From positions 111,912,001 through 111,976,000 of the forward strand of contig NW_024704742.1 of the NCBI RefSeq assembly GCF_018977255.1: 64,000 bases of DNA, written 5' to 3'. Each line of letters opens with the position of its first letter. The first letter of the stretch is position 1. Below, piece after piece: positions 1-11,512 of this stretch. A program made the translations under genes and the position numbers. The DNA comes from Callorhinchus milii (lineage: Eukaryota). The notes below the pieces were generated by a model. That model was given only the letters and a program-made list of their open reading frames with translations, searched no databases and was not told where the DNA came from.

Positions 1-559
1 TAAACCCTATCTTCTGATTTCCACTAAAGATGAAACGTAACACCGCATGCATAGAGCAACCTGGCTAGATTAATAACATCATTGTTTAATTTCTTTACTA
101 GCACCAGCCAGTTAAATACAAACAACTTTGATACCTCTGCAGGAATGAATCAATCTGTCACCAATTAATCAAGTCTATCATTGTTCTTTTTCACAGTGAA
201 GTTAAAATTGTAGATTTACAAACGGATTTGTAACTAATGTTATAACTAGTGTTGCAAATCTTACAATTTAGAAACTGATGTGAGGTTTAATGGGTGCTGA
301 TGATGACATTCGCTCTTCAAGATGTCTGTAATCTGGGCCAGGTTCTCAGTTACCCAAAGGGAGTATGCATATCATGAAAACCGAAGGTCACCAACATTTT
401 AAAAAATCATATTCTCCATTCAATTAAGAAATCAATTATTCTGGCATTTCTTTAAATTGTACACAATCTGGTTTATAATGTGTTTGATTTGATAGAGGAA
501 CAATGATAACCTACTGCACTGGATTAGAGAATAATAAATGTCTTGGGGTGTGTTACAAG

Positions 560-900
560 GGCCCAGAACAAACCTTGCTATTAATTCAGTGGATCAACAA
601 GTTACATGATGTTTTAGCACAGTTGGGGCAATAGTAAAGAGAGCTTTAATTGACTTCAGCACCCCGGGGTTCAGGAAGGAATAGACCACAGTGTTCCTAA
701 TCGATATCTAGTTATGTCTTCCTGGAAGAGTCAGTGTGGAAACTGCCAAACTATAGCAGGATAAGACTGCTCCCTTTACCCCTCCTTCTCCCCTTCCCCC
801 TGGCTAAATTATGAAGAATATTCTGATGGATTAGGAGTTGTTGGTGCCTGTGCAACTGTACTACAGAACAAGTTATCCTTTTTCAGGAGAGGAAATTGGG
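560..900 (+). mobile_element. Degraded LF-SINE-like element
   Basis: taattgacttcagcaccccgggg, atgaagaat, gtgcctgtgcaactgtac, ttcaggagagg. Confidence 0.5.
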
Positions 901-2049
901 ACAAAAATTTTAAAAAAAGGCAAAAACCAGGGCATCTTTCTTGAGGGATTTTACTGATCTTTTCCACAACATTTCAATTATCATATTTGTGCATAGAAGA
1001 GGATTGTGTTTCTTTGCATTTACAACACTATATATACAAGGCGCATATATACATATGTATACTATACATATTGCTTACTATTTTCACTCAAGGATCCATC
1101 ATTTCCATCTACTAGTTCAAATTTGCTTTGTGTAACATATTATTCTTTTTATGTACCTGTTCTTTTTATGTGTCAGAAAAATCGGATATTACACTTGCAT
1201 CAGCATTGTGCAACAGGAGACAGTATTGTAACAAATAGTAAAAGCAATGCAAATCTATCTAGAATATATAATAACTTGGAACTATTATATTAAATTGCTT
1301 TATTCCAGGTAATGGCCTTTCAATTTGCATGTCCCAGTGTCAGAATTTGTGTTTAATTTATTTGACTCTATTGCCTTGTTTACTGCAAGTGTGGCTTTGC
1401 TCTTTATTATCTATGGCTTTCTTACCTGCACAGAGAACAAACCTTACCTTTTCTCAAAAATGGATGATATTATTTTGTGTCATTATAGAATGAGTCACGA
1501 AACATCAGGAAACCTGAAGATAATTTTATGTGAAAAGAATGAGTTCTCATTTCATGAAAGTGCTTCTCAGTGATAATATATTAGTAATGTACATCCCAGT
1601 GAATAACAAGAAACATTTAAGAGACAACTTACAGTCACTGAAAACATTGGAAACATCACCTCTGTTCTAATCAACTTCAACTAAATTCAGCTAGTCAGCA
1701 GCTTTTAGACAAAGAATCTTGTAGATTTGTCAAAAAGGGTGGCAGCTGGTTGAAATACAAGGAACTGCATTTCAATGTTATTTTTCACTTTAAAAGCAAA
1801 AGGTAGAAAATTATACTGTGTCAACTATGGATAACCTTTTTTACTCCCACCCCTCCGCCCCATAACAATCTTGGCTTATACAATGCACTGGCAATGGTCT
1901 GCAACAGTAATATTTGTGCCCATAAATATAAATGAATTCTGAATAAAATAAAATTCCATCTGGGACAAATTCTGACTGCTCTGAAATGGTACATTAATGG
2001 AAAATACCTAGACCCACCTGGAATTTCTTCCTATTTATTCATCAGCAAT

Positions 2050-2475
2050 CTAATAATAATCATTACATTGTGTTATAACGTCTTTCACATCGTGAGAACA
2101 TCCCAAGGCGCTTCACAAGACATGCTGTAAAGTGTTTTGTGGGAACGAAGCAGCCAATTAGCACACAGGAAGGAATGTTCCACAAACCGCCATGTAGCAA
2201 ATGACCAATTTTATTTGAGGGATTGTTAACCAGGACCCCTGGAGAAACTCCCTTCTGTTTTCGGATAGTGGCAGAGGTAACATCTATTTGAATAGGCAGA
2301 TGGGGCCTCAGTTTAACATCTCATCCAAAGGACAGCATCTCCAACAATGCTGCACACCCCAGGACTGCATCTGAGTGTCAGCTTAGATGATATGAGTTCC
2401 AAGTCTCGATATGGGGCTTGAACCCCATATTGAACCACAGCCTTCTGGCTTAGAGGCGACTGAGCCAGGCTGATG
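2050..2475 (-). mobile_element. DeuSINE-type element (SacSINE1/AmnSINE1-like)
   Basis: The reverse strand has TTTGGATGAGATGTTAAACTGAGGCCCCATCTGCC and GGGAGTTTCTCCAGGGGTCCTGG (Deu domain as recalled), a tRNA-like head and an L2-like tail. Confidence 0.8.
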
Positions 2476-4299
2476 CACATTGATAGTACACCATAAGAAT
2501 GCATATGGTGCACTTGTTTTCGTCAGAAAAAACAGGTTGAGTAGGGATTGATGTAAGCAGTCGATTTGAATTAGACCATGGAAATCAAAACTCAAAAGGT
2601 ATAGTTTGAAATGAATAAAATTCAAACAGTTCTAACAATCAGATTTTTTTCCCACAGAATAGTGTAACACACTCACAACAAAAACAGATGGTGCTGAGCC
2701 ACTTTGCAGCATCCAAAAGGCTGATTAAATATCTGCTTGAGAACAGTTTAAGGAGTCATAAGTGTAGACTGAAATTAACCACTTCTTCTTGGGACACAAT
2801 GTTTTTTGCATTACTGGAGTTGGATGGGGTGGGAAAGAGCTGTCTGTAGTGAGAAAGAGGCCAGGCTTGAATAGTCAATATGTGGAAAATGATGAATATA
2901 GGAAATAAATGAATATTGGAAATAGATGAATATCTCAAAAGTTTTTACATAATTTATTTGGGATTCAGAAGTATCCATGCTTTCCTCCAAGACCCAGTGA
3001 ACGGGGTGAAGTCCCTCCTAGAGTCCTCTTTGAATGAACAATGTGAACTCAAAATAGCCTTTTCTCATTCCATGCTTACTTGTAAAGTTGTTTAAAGTTA
3101 CATGGAAACATGGAGGAACAATGTGGTAAAAGACTGACCAAAAGCTCAGATCTCTGATGCGCAGGCAATTAATTTGTAGTATGTGAGTGTAGATTCTGCT
3201 CAAGGAACAGAAATCAGTTAATGTTGTTCCACAATTGTTCAGCGACTTGCTGTGCAACATGTGTAGCTTCCTGACGCTTTGTTGAAATCAGTAGCCTGCA
3301 GTTCAGAAATTAACATATTTGTTAATAATTGTGCGTATGGTTGGTAATCCATATGTGTGCAGAGTGCTGGTTAAATATGTTTTCATACTATTCCCTTCCC
3401 TTCAATTCAAAGAACAATTTGTTCGTTGACTGAAACTTGCAAGCAGACTAAACCAGAATTTCTACTAAGTGTGAGAATGCAGCAATTTACTCCTCCCTGA
3501 AAACAACAAATGTTTTGAATGGCTGAGCGATAGCAAGTCAAGGCCTTCTCTTGGATTGACAAGGCACAAGTTCATGTTCTATGAAGGCTATAAAGTCCTA
3601 TCATGTGAACATGTCTCACCTCGATCAGTTTACTTTTTTTCTCAGCTGTGCCCCTGCGTGAAAGCCAAGTAATTTATCAAATATAAGGCCCCAAATCACC
3701 TTGTTCAGCTTCCCCTGCTTGAATTGCACCTCTAGCCAGCCATTCACAGAGCAAAATTAATGGTAAAAAAAGGATGTTCCAAAAAATAGCTTTGAGTCAC
3801 AGTTCTGAGAATCGCCCACCTGATAAGCGCTCCAAGACGCAGTGCTGGTGAAGAGTGCTATACAAATGTAACTTGTTAGCAAGTCGTTGTTGTTGATAAG
3901 TTTCCAAATTCAGCCTATCTAAGGGAAGCGCCGAATAGAAGCAAGACTCATCCTTATATGGAGGGAAGGAAATACAAGTCAAAGTGCTCTTGTGCACCTC
4001 CTAGTGCCCATTGATCAAGCATCACAGAAAGAAATCTAGGACCAGTCCATCTGCTTGTTTCTGGGTCATACAGTTTAATGAAACGTAGCTTGGGAAAGGA
4101 GACCCAAAAGAGGGTGAATTTTGGTAATGAAAAGTTTACAATAGAAGGCCACTTAACAGGATTCCCTATTAAAATTATCCACAGAATCATTGTGAATTAA
4201 GTTGGCTTTATTAGAAATGTTAATCAGTTGCATTGACTTATAAATGAGTGCTTTTACCATCATACAGTAGTAACTGGCCCAGTTTTAACCTGGACGTTT

Positions 4300-4624
4300 A
4301 ATAATGATAATCCTTGCATTTGATATTATTATTATCCTTGCATTTGATATAGCGCTTTTCACGTCTTCTAGACGTCTCAAAACGCTTCACAGATATCCTG
4401 TAAAGTTAATTGACTGCATACTTATGGGCGAAACGCGGCAGCCAATTGCGCACAGCAGTGTCCCACAAACAGTCATGGATTGAAGTGACCAATTTTTTTT
4501 CTTGAGGGATTATTATCAGGTGTGTAGAGTACGGAAACTTGCCCAAGGTTTCACTTTGCCAGGAATCGAACTCAGGTCTCTCACTTGCAAGGCGAGTGCT
4601 CTAACCACTAAGCTACAAGACTCC
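4300..4624 (-). mobile_element. tRNA-derived SINE, same family as 6534-6859
   Basis: Colinear similarity to that copy; the terminal tail segment is duplicated (atccttgcatttgata x2). Confidence 0.9.
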
Positions 4625-4659
4625 TATGTACTATGTACTATGTACTGACAGTTGATCTC

Positions 4660-4760
4660 CCCAGCTCCACTATTCAAAAAATCCAGCTCATTCAGAACTC
4701 TGCTGCCCACACACTTACCCAAACTCCGTATCCCAATCTCACCAGTTCTGGCCAGGCTAT
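4660..4760 (+). mobile_element. Short L2 ORF2 fragment
   Basis: Encodes KIQLIQNSAAHTLT, compared with KLQVIQNSAARVLS in the 33 kb L2. Confidence 0.6.
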
Positions 4761-4944
4761 ATAGATATAGCGCCTTATCCCGTCTTTGGGACATCCTAAA
4801 GCGGTTAATTGCTAATTTGTTTAATTGAAGCATTCAGAGTGTCCAAACGGTTATTTTACTTGAATACAAATACAAGTTGTTATTCCTGTGGACTATTGAG
4901 ACATATTTCTGAGCCGTTTTTCTATGACTTGAAGGTAAAGACAT

Positions 4945-5180
4945 TGTGGTTCTCAGCCATGTAGACCAGAAGGTCGTAACTTCAATCTTTGGTCTGTGCT
5001 GTCGGCTGATCTCAGCTGGCACAATTGCAAATGGCCTTGGCACTCCTGAGGTAGGAAGGAGAAAATCAGCAAGCGGCCCTTTCTGGAAAATGCATGTCTG
5101 TTAAAGATCAAGTTCAGCTGTAATGTTACTCCCAGCCATAACTAAGAAGCCTGCTGACGCTTTAGGCTCAGATACTAAAA
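4945..5180 (+). mobile_element. LF-SINE-like 5' part
   Basis: agccatgtagaccagaagg...ggtctgtgctgtcggctgatctcagc...aaaatcagc. Confidence 0.65.
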
Positions 5181-6533
5181 GCGAATAAAGATTTGCATTT
5201 TTATATACTGAAACATTTTTATACTGAAACATCTCAAATCTTCATAAGGAATTACCACCTATTAAGTGTAGTTACTGCTTATGAAGCCAAACACTGCAGC
5301 CTTTGATACCACAAAGATCCCACCATAAGCCACAAGGTGAATGGACAGTTAATCTGAATTTATTCATTAAATACAATGCCCAGGAAGTTGATTGTATTAT
5401 TAATAATAAATTGCCGATTTAATTACAAAGAAAAAATAACTTTTAAAAGTTTTAAACATGTTGATAACCTAACTAAACAGTAATAATGCTGACATTTACT
5501 GATTGAGCTTTATAATTATATTTAGTTAATGTAATATTTTACCAAATTAATACTTTCAACTTTTAAAGACTTGTTGAAGGAACAAGTCATGTTGTTGTTA
5601 ATCCAGTGAGAAGTTTAAAAATGACCCACAATACGGGACATTGATGTCTTTATTTTATTTCCTGTGTTATAATGCACCAAATGTGATTGGCATTTGCATG
5701 GTCTGTCACGTGATAGCTTATCATTGCTGAAAGACACTAGTCAAGTGGTTGCAGCCAAAGCTTTAGGAGGAGAGGGAAATACCCTGAGAGGAAGTCACCA
5801 GCTACAGGAAGGCCTAGAGGGGTCCTGCTGACCCCCGATACCCTGAACTGCTGGTTTCACAACTAATTTCAGCTCTCTTTGCAGCTATTTATATCTGAAC
5901 ACATTTTGACAGAACCAACGGCTGCCTCAGTGATAGCTATTTAATCAGCACCCTCACAGTCTTTGTGCACTGTGACAGATCTCTTTAAAATTAGCGCCAC
6001 AAACTAATAAGTTCCTTTGAGTGCTTTGTCTCTTTGTCTGTTCCATCCTTCACCTTTCGCTTTTTTCAGTCTGGCAGTCAAAATCTGTACTAACAATTCA
6101 GAAGATTATCCAACAGAAAACAATATGAGAGATGGGGCTTTTTACATGAATACAGAATCATGTCCTTTTGCATGAAGACAGAAGGCAGAGTGAAAATAAA
6201 AGTCGTGGGGTTATGGGTTACAGTTCACTGTCTCCAGCCATTTGCCCCAATCCCCCAGCCCTCAAATAGAAACAATCCAGTCAATAGGAACTTTAGCAGT
6301 GCATGACCTGAACCATCCCGTCTTCCCAGTTAAAAAGAAGTCTGTGAACCCCCAGGCAAGTTGGAAAAAAGAAGGTAAAATGCAAACCTAAGGAGCACCA
6401 TATTTAAAAACCTTTGATATGGTTTCTATGCAGCAGATGGTAGTGTTATTCCTTTATAAGGCCAATATAATTTTTGTTTCAAAATATATCAAAAAAATCA
6501 GTGCATCAGAACTGTTATCCATGCAAATCACTC

Positions 6534-6859
6534 AATAATAATAATAATAATAATAATCCTTGCATTGATATAGCGCTTTTCACGTCGGGAGGACGTCCCA
6601 AAGCGCTTCACAGAACACACTGTAAAGTGAATTGACTGTATATTTGTGGGCAAACGCGGCAGCCATTTGCGCACAGCAATGTCCCACAAACAGTCGTAGA
6701 ATTGAAAATGACCAATTTATTATTGTTTTTGGTTTTTGGAGGGATTATTATTAGGCGTGTGGAGTAAGGAAACTTGCCCAAGGTTTCGCCCTGCCTGGAA
6801 TTGAACTCAGGTCTCTCGCTTGCAAAGCGAGTGCTCTAACCACTGAGCTACAGGACTCC
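6534..6859 (-). mobile_element. Full-length tRNA-derived SINE (about 320 bp) with L2-type tail and (ATT)n end
   Basis: Head GGAGTCCTGTAGCTCAGTGGTTAGAGCACTCGCTTTGCAAGCGAGAGACCTGAGTTCAATTCC contains A box, TGC anticodon arm and B box. Body TGTTTGTGGGACATTGCTGTGCGCAAATGGCTGCC; tail GTGAAAAGCGCTATATC. Multiple copies in the window. Confidence 0.92.
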
Positions 6860-7254
6860 TAAATACTCAAATACATTGGCCTCATTATAAGATCAGTTGT
6901 GCTGGATTTCAAACATTAAATTCTACTAGCGTAACACACTGCGACAATATTGGGTTAAAGTTAAATTAAAGTTGTATTCTAATTATGTTCAGGACTATTT
7001 TTCTCCCTTTTCCTCCTCTCTTTTGTCTCCCCTCCTACACACCGCCCACAACTGAGAGTTGGCAGGCTCCTGTTTCCAGGCTGCTGCATGTGTTCTGTAA
7101 CTGATCATTGGTAGCTTCATATGAGTAACTCTGGGATGTGTGTGTGTCACTCTGATTTCTGTTCCTCATGGGTGTGTGGGGGCGGAGTGTAGGGGTGGGG
7201 AGGAGAATAGTGTCTGGATTCTTGTCACCTTCCTACCATTGCAGTTCTTTTTCT

Positions 7255-7580
7255 TTGTCTCTTTCTGATTTTTTTTTGTTTTATCTCTCTGATTTTCCTT
7301 TCCTCACCCTCTTTATCTGATTTTGCGTTCATCTCACGGAGGAAGTGTGTGTTTATCAGCTTCCTTTAATAACATATCTATTTGATTTTCCTGTACTCAC
7401 TGATTTGCCTGCTCTTTCTCTCTCTCTCTGGTTTTCCTTTCCTCTCCTCTCTTGTTCCTTTATCATTGATTTTTTTTCTGTTCATCTCACCGAGGAAGTG
7501 TCTGCCTAATACCGCACTGTGATTGCACCTTCCATTTCCTTCTCTCTCCCTCTTTCTGTTGGATTTTCCATTCCTCTCGG
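7255..7580. repeat. CT-rich degenerate direct duplication (unit about 150 bp)
   Basis: ttttcctttcctc...gttcatctcac.gaggaagtgt occurs at about 7290-7350 and 7432-7502. Confidence 0.6.
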
Positions 7581-9134
7581 TAGGTAACGCCCAGCCTCTA
7601 TTAGCAATCTCCCCATGATTACTTCCCTGACATCAATAACTCAATGTGTGTGAAATCATGGGCATTACAAACCCACGTCTTTCCACTCTGGAGGACTCTG
7701 AAATGCTGAACATTCTCTGTATGGTGCTTCCATCATGCTGAGAAGCTGAAATGCCAAAAAATTCAGTACCATTAGTGGGAATTGTTTAGATGGTAATGCC
7801 ACCATTTTCTTTCCATTTTCAAGGCTGGGTTGCTGAAACATGAGATAAATTTGTACTCAGCCTGAGATTCCAGAACATCTGCTGCCCATTGCTCTTAACA
7901 GGGAGATTGTTGGGAACTTGGTCTTAGCTTTTAGTGTCACAAATTATTGTGAGATAGACTCTTAAGCCACATTACTATGGACTGCTTAGCTTCTTTGTCA
8001 CTCTCCAACCCAACAACACAATGATTTTAAAGACACAAGTAAATCAAAACATTTTTTAAAAAGTGTTTTAACGAAGAAACTATTATGAGGTCCATGATGC
8101 ACTGATCATTAACAATAATGAGTTTTTTTTAATATTAAGATGGGAAATCCATTGTAAACAGCCCCCCCCAAAAAAAAATTGCTATATTTAGCAAGTGGTA
8201 TGTGGTAGCCCCCATTTAACAACACATTGTACTTATATAGGCCTTTTACGTTGGGAAAGACCAGTTTAACTCACTTGAAATATTGTTGTTAATGAATTGT
8301 CTATAAAAGCCGCAAAACGTGCAATACAAATCATATCTAATATTTCTCTAGGCTATGCACAGCCCGAGCACTGAAATGCTGAACTCCTACTTTATTTGGC
8401 TGTACAAAGCCAAATTAATATTCAGAATTTAATGACTGTACATTTCCAATACTTCAAGGAATATTTTCCTATCTCATCTTATCACAGTGATGTGTGAAAT
8501 TCCGTTGCTCCTGATTGATGATAGGGTTAAAAATATACATTTTAACATTGCTGTGAAATATCATGAGCATCACAGTATTAACACTGTTTAGTTGCACTGG
8601 TATCGGGAATAAAAAGTTACCTAAATTTTAAGCAACACTAAAGTAACATTGATTAATTTGTGTGGTAGGATCACATATAACAGCATAAACCCATCCCAGT
8701 AGCAAATCAGGAAAGTGTGAAGTGCTGGTATTATAAGAGCATAATAAAGAACAACAAGCAACTTCACTCATAAAATATAATAATTGCCACCACAAAACTT
8801 CGAAGAAGAATGCAAGAAAGATTCTCAGCAAGCAAATAAACTTTTTTATAGCAGCAGTATTTTTCTATTATTAAAGCTATTTATCAATATAATTTTTTTA
8901 GAACAGTTTTACCACTATTAAATTATGCTGCTATATACCACAGAAAATGTGTTGTGCTGAAAAGATGTATAAATATTAAATGTTAACAGACGCAGCAGAA
9001 TTTGGATGTGCACCAGTATCTGATTGTTGCAGGCTGCATTTATTCTTTATTCTGCAGCTTCTTTTGGAGGCCCTGAGGGAGTGTAAGAGGCGGGAAGCAG
9101 AACTGAAGCCATTGTGAGGGGAAGAAGTTACATT

Positions 9135-9175
9135 CTTCCTGTTATGACAGGAAATGCAGACAAATGTGCTTCCTG
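9135..9175 (-). promoter_or_regulatory. Core of an endothelial enhancer with a FOX:ETS composite motif; probable orthologue of mouse Mef2c F10/F10-44
   Basis: The minus strand reads CAGGAAGCACATTTGTCTGCATTTCCTGTCATAACAGGAAG: three GGAA ETS cores and an ATAACAGGAA FOX:ETS site. It closely matches the F10-44 sequence as I recall it and lies in the intron upstream of the MADS exon. Confidence 0.8.
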
Positions 9176-10827
9176 ACCATTTACTCGGGAGGGAATGAAC
9201 TCTTCTTTGACCTTTAGCTGAGGCACAGCTTGTTTTTTGTTGCCTTGACAAACATGTTTTTCCATAATGATTCCTAATGCATACCTGTAGACATAATGTG
9301 AAAAAGAAACCAGGAAATATAAATCCTGTTTCACGTAGGTGGTCTTGAGCCATTCTTGGGTAAACTCTTTAAATAGTGCTTTGCAGGATGTCTTGGCTCC
9401 AACATTCAATAGAATTCCACCATGATGTGCTATGTTGGGGAACAACAATATGGATTTTGGAGCAAGGAAACATTTCTAATTAGTAAGAACAAAAACGATG
9501 AAATGATGTCTGCTAAGAGTCACAGAAGTCTAGCTTGTTACTAGTTAATGGTGTAAGGATAGGCTGTTGTGATAGCAAAGAGTTGACCTATTGCCTGTTT
9601 GGTTGTTTGTCCTTGAACAAAACCAGACCTAAACAATTGGTTGCAGTTTCTGAAGGTGTGGACAATATGTTGGCTGCCTGCTTCACAGCACTGACTCCAG
9701 TGTTACTGAGCAAAAGCAGACATTGGATGGATACATCTGAGACACTCAAGTGCATACAAACATACCCAATTATTCAACCAGATTGTACTACTTTCAAAAA
9801 ATTAAAACAGAAAAGGCTAACCACTATCTTTGGACTATGTGACCAGAGGAAAAGTAAATACTCTGTATGATAAACCAACAGGTGAACAAATGTTACATTT
9901 GTAGGCCCTCTACAGCAAAACAATGACAATGCTATTATTCTTTTAATAATAAATAATAATCATTCCATTTGATGGAGCACTTTGTATCACATTGTTGAAC
10001 CATTACAAAACAGAATATTTACTGTGAAGTGTAGTGACTATATTTGTAAGCAAACGGTGATCAGGAACAGATATCAAACGGTTTCAAACTAATGAGTAAA
10101 TATACAAATTGTTTGATGCTGTACATATGTATAATTACAGAGTGCCAAGTGTTTACACAGTACAGTGGTTAACAGCACCAATGCCAATCAGTAGATATAT
10201 AAAGAGATTACGTGAATAAAGTGAACAGATTGTGGTGCTGATTGTGAAAGGAACTTTGTTGCTGTAAACTAGAGAAATATTTTGATATTTAAGAATTGGC
10301 ATGGTGGACCAGAGTTTTGGAGGCTAGGTAAACTATGAAGAAAAGTATACATTTTGGTCATTTGGTCTGGCTATTATATATTTGGGAAGTATAAGAAGTT
10401 TATTGTTGTGGATGATTTGTGAATGTTTGAAGAAGGCAGGAGACCAGGTTTGAATAATGGTGATTTGGAGATGAATCGGACAATCATGAATTAATTTTTG
10501 ATCAACTTTGAGGTTACGGGAGTCTTCATACAGTCCGTTGGGTCTTTTGAGTTACCACTCTGCTTATTTGTAGGATTATTCCTGTTTCCATTCAAATCTG
10601 AAAAGTTAGTTATTGACTGAGAAATCCACAAAGTCTGACTTGCAGGTCAGGTAATTTAGCATTAGATGGATTTATGACTTAAAGTATTATTTAAGTGTTT
10701 AAGATGAATATGTCCGTTTAGTTGTGGTGATTCAGTATTTGTGGTTGCTAGAAACATATCATACTTGAATTAACACTGATTTGTGGTTTATAAACTTTAA
10801 AGCAACTTAGTCCATTTTTTTATACAG

Positions 10828-11138
10828 TCGCTCAAGGTGCGAAACCTTGGGCAAGTATCCTTACTCTACACACCTAATACCTTCAAAACAAAAAAATAAT
10901 AAATTGGTCATTTTCAATCCACGACTGTTTGTGGGACACTACTGTGCGCAATTATGCACTTTGAGACGTCTAAAAGACATGAAAAGCACTATATCAAATG
11001 CAAGGATTATTATTATTAATTGGCTGCCACATTTCGCCCACAAATATACTGTCAATTCACTTTACAGCATATTCTGTGAAGTGCTTTGAGACGTCTAGAA
11101 GACGTGAAAAGCGCTATATCAAATGCAAGGATTATTAT
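10828..11138 (+). mobile_element. 5'-truncated tRNA-SINE carrying an internal insertion of its own 3' tail
   Basis: The SINE body is split at gcgcAATT|ggctgcc by an extra tail of about 65 bp. Confidence 0.85.
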
Positions 11139-11394
11139 AAGGTGCTATAGAGCTATAAATCTCAAAGTGCTTCACAGGACTTACTGTAAAGTGTAGTGAC
11201 TACGTATTTGTAGGCAACTGAGCTCATGCCATCAAGCCTGAAGCTGATGCACTGTTGGCAGCAGAACATGGACTCTTATTCTTTGATGAGTTTAAGACCG
11301 TTTTCTATTCCGAGGCTTTTTTTCACTTGTAAAGGAGTAGCATAAGGCCTGGTGTGCAAAATTGATTTACAAAACTGCACATTTTAAAGGAAAA

Positions 11395-11512
11395 TAGTAA
11401 TAATAATAATCCTTGCATTTGATGTAGCGCTTTTCACGTCTTCAAGACGTCTGAAGGCTCTTCACACAATATACTGTAAAGTGAATTGACTGTATATTTG
11501 TGGACGAAACGC
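11395..11512 (-). mobile_element. SINE 3' fragment
   Basis: taataatccttgcatttgatgtagcgcttttcacgtc...gtaaagtgaattgactgtatatttgtgg. Confidence 0.8.

Noticed and set aside
25..45. aaagatgaaacgtaacacc resembles the end of the MEF2 first coding exon (DERNRQ)
   Set aside because: No MGRKKIQI reading frame and no donor site; the true ATG exon must lie upstream of the window.
655..675. REST/RE1-like TTCAGCACCCCGG
   Set aside because: The right half-site (GACAG) is missing and it lies within an LF-SINE remnant.
6790..6859. tRNA-Ala(TGC)-like gene on the minus strand (also near 4560, 24770, 40970, 56080)
   Set aside because: The acceptor and T stems are imperfect and the sequence continues directly into a repeated SINE body; these are SINE heads, not tRNA genes.
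8976..9448. Overlapping minus-strand ORFs of 125 and 106 aa
   Set aside because: No recognisable domain; they overlap the enhancer-like element and are probably chance ORFs.
10300..10800. Possible very old minus-strand Penelope-like RT
   Set aside because: Only a few scattered residues match; this cannot be supported without a profile search.
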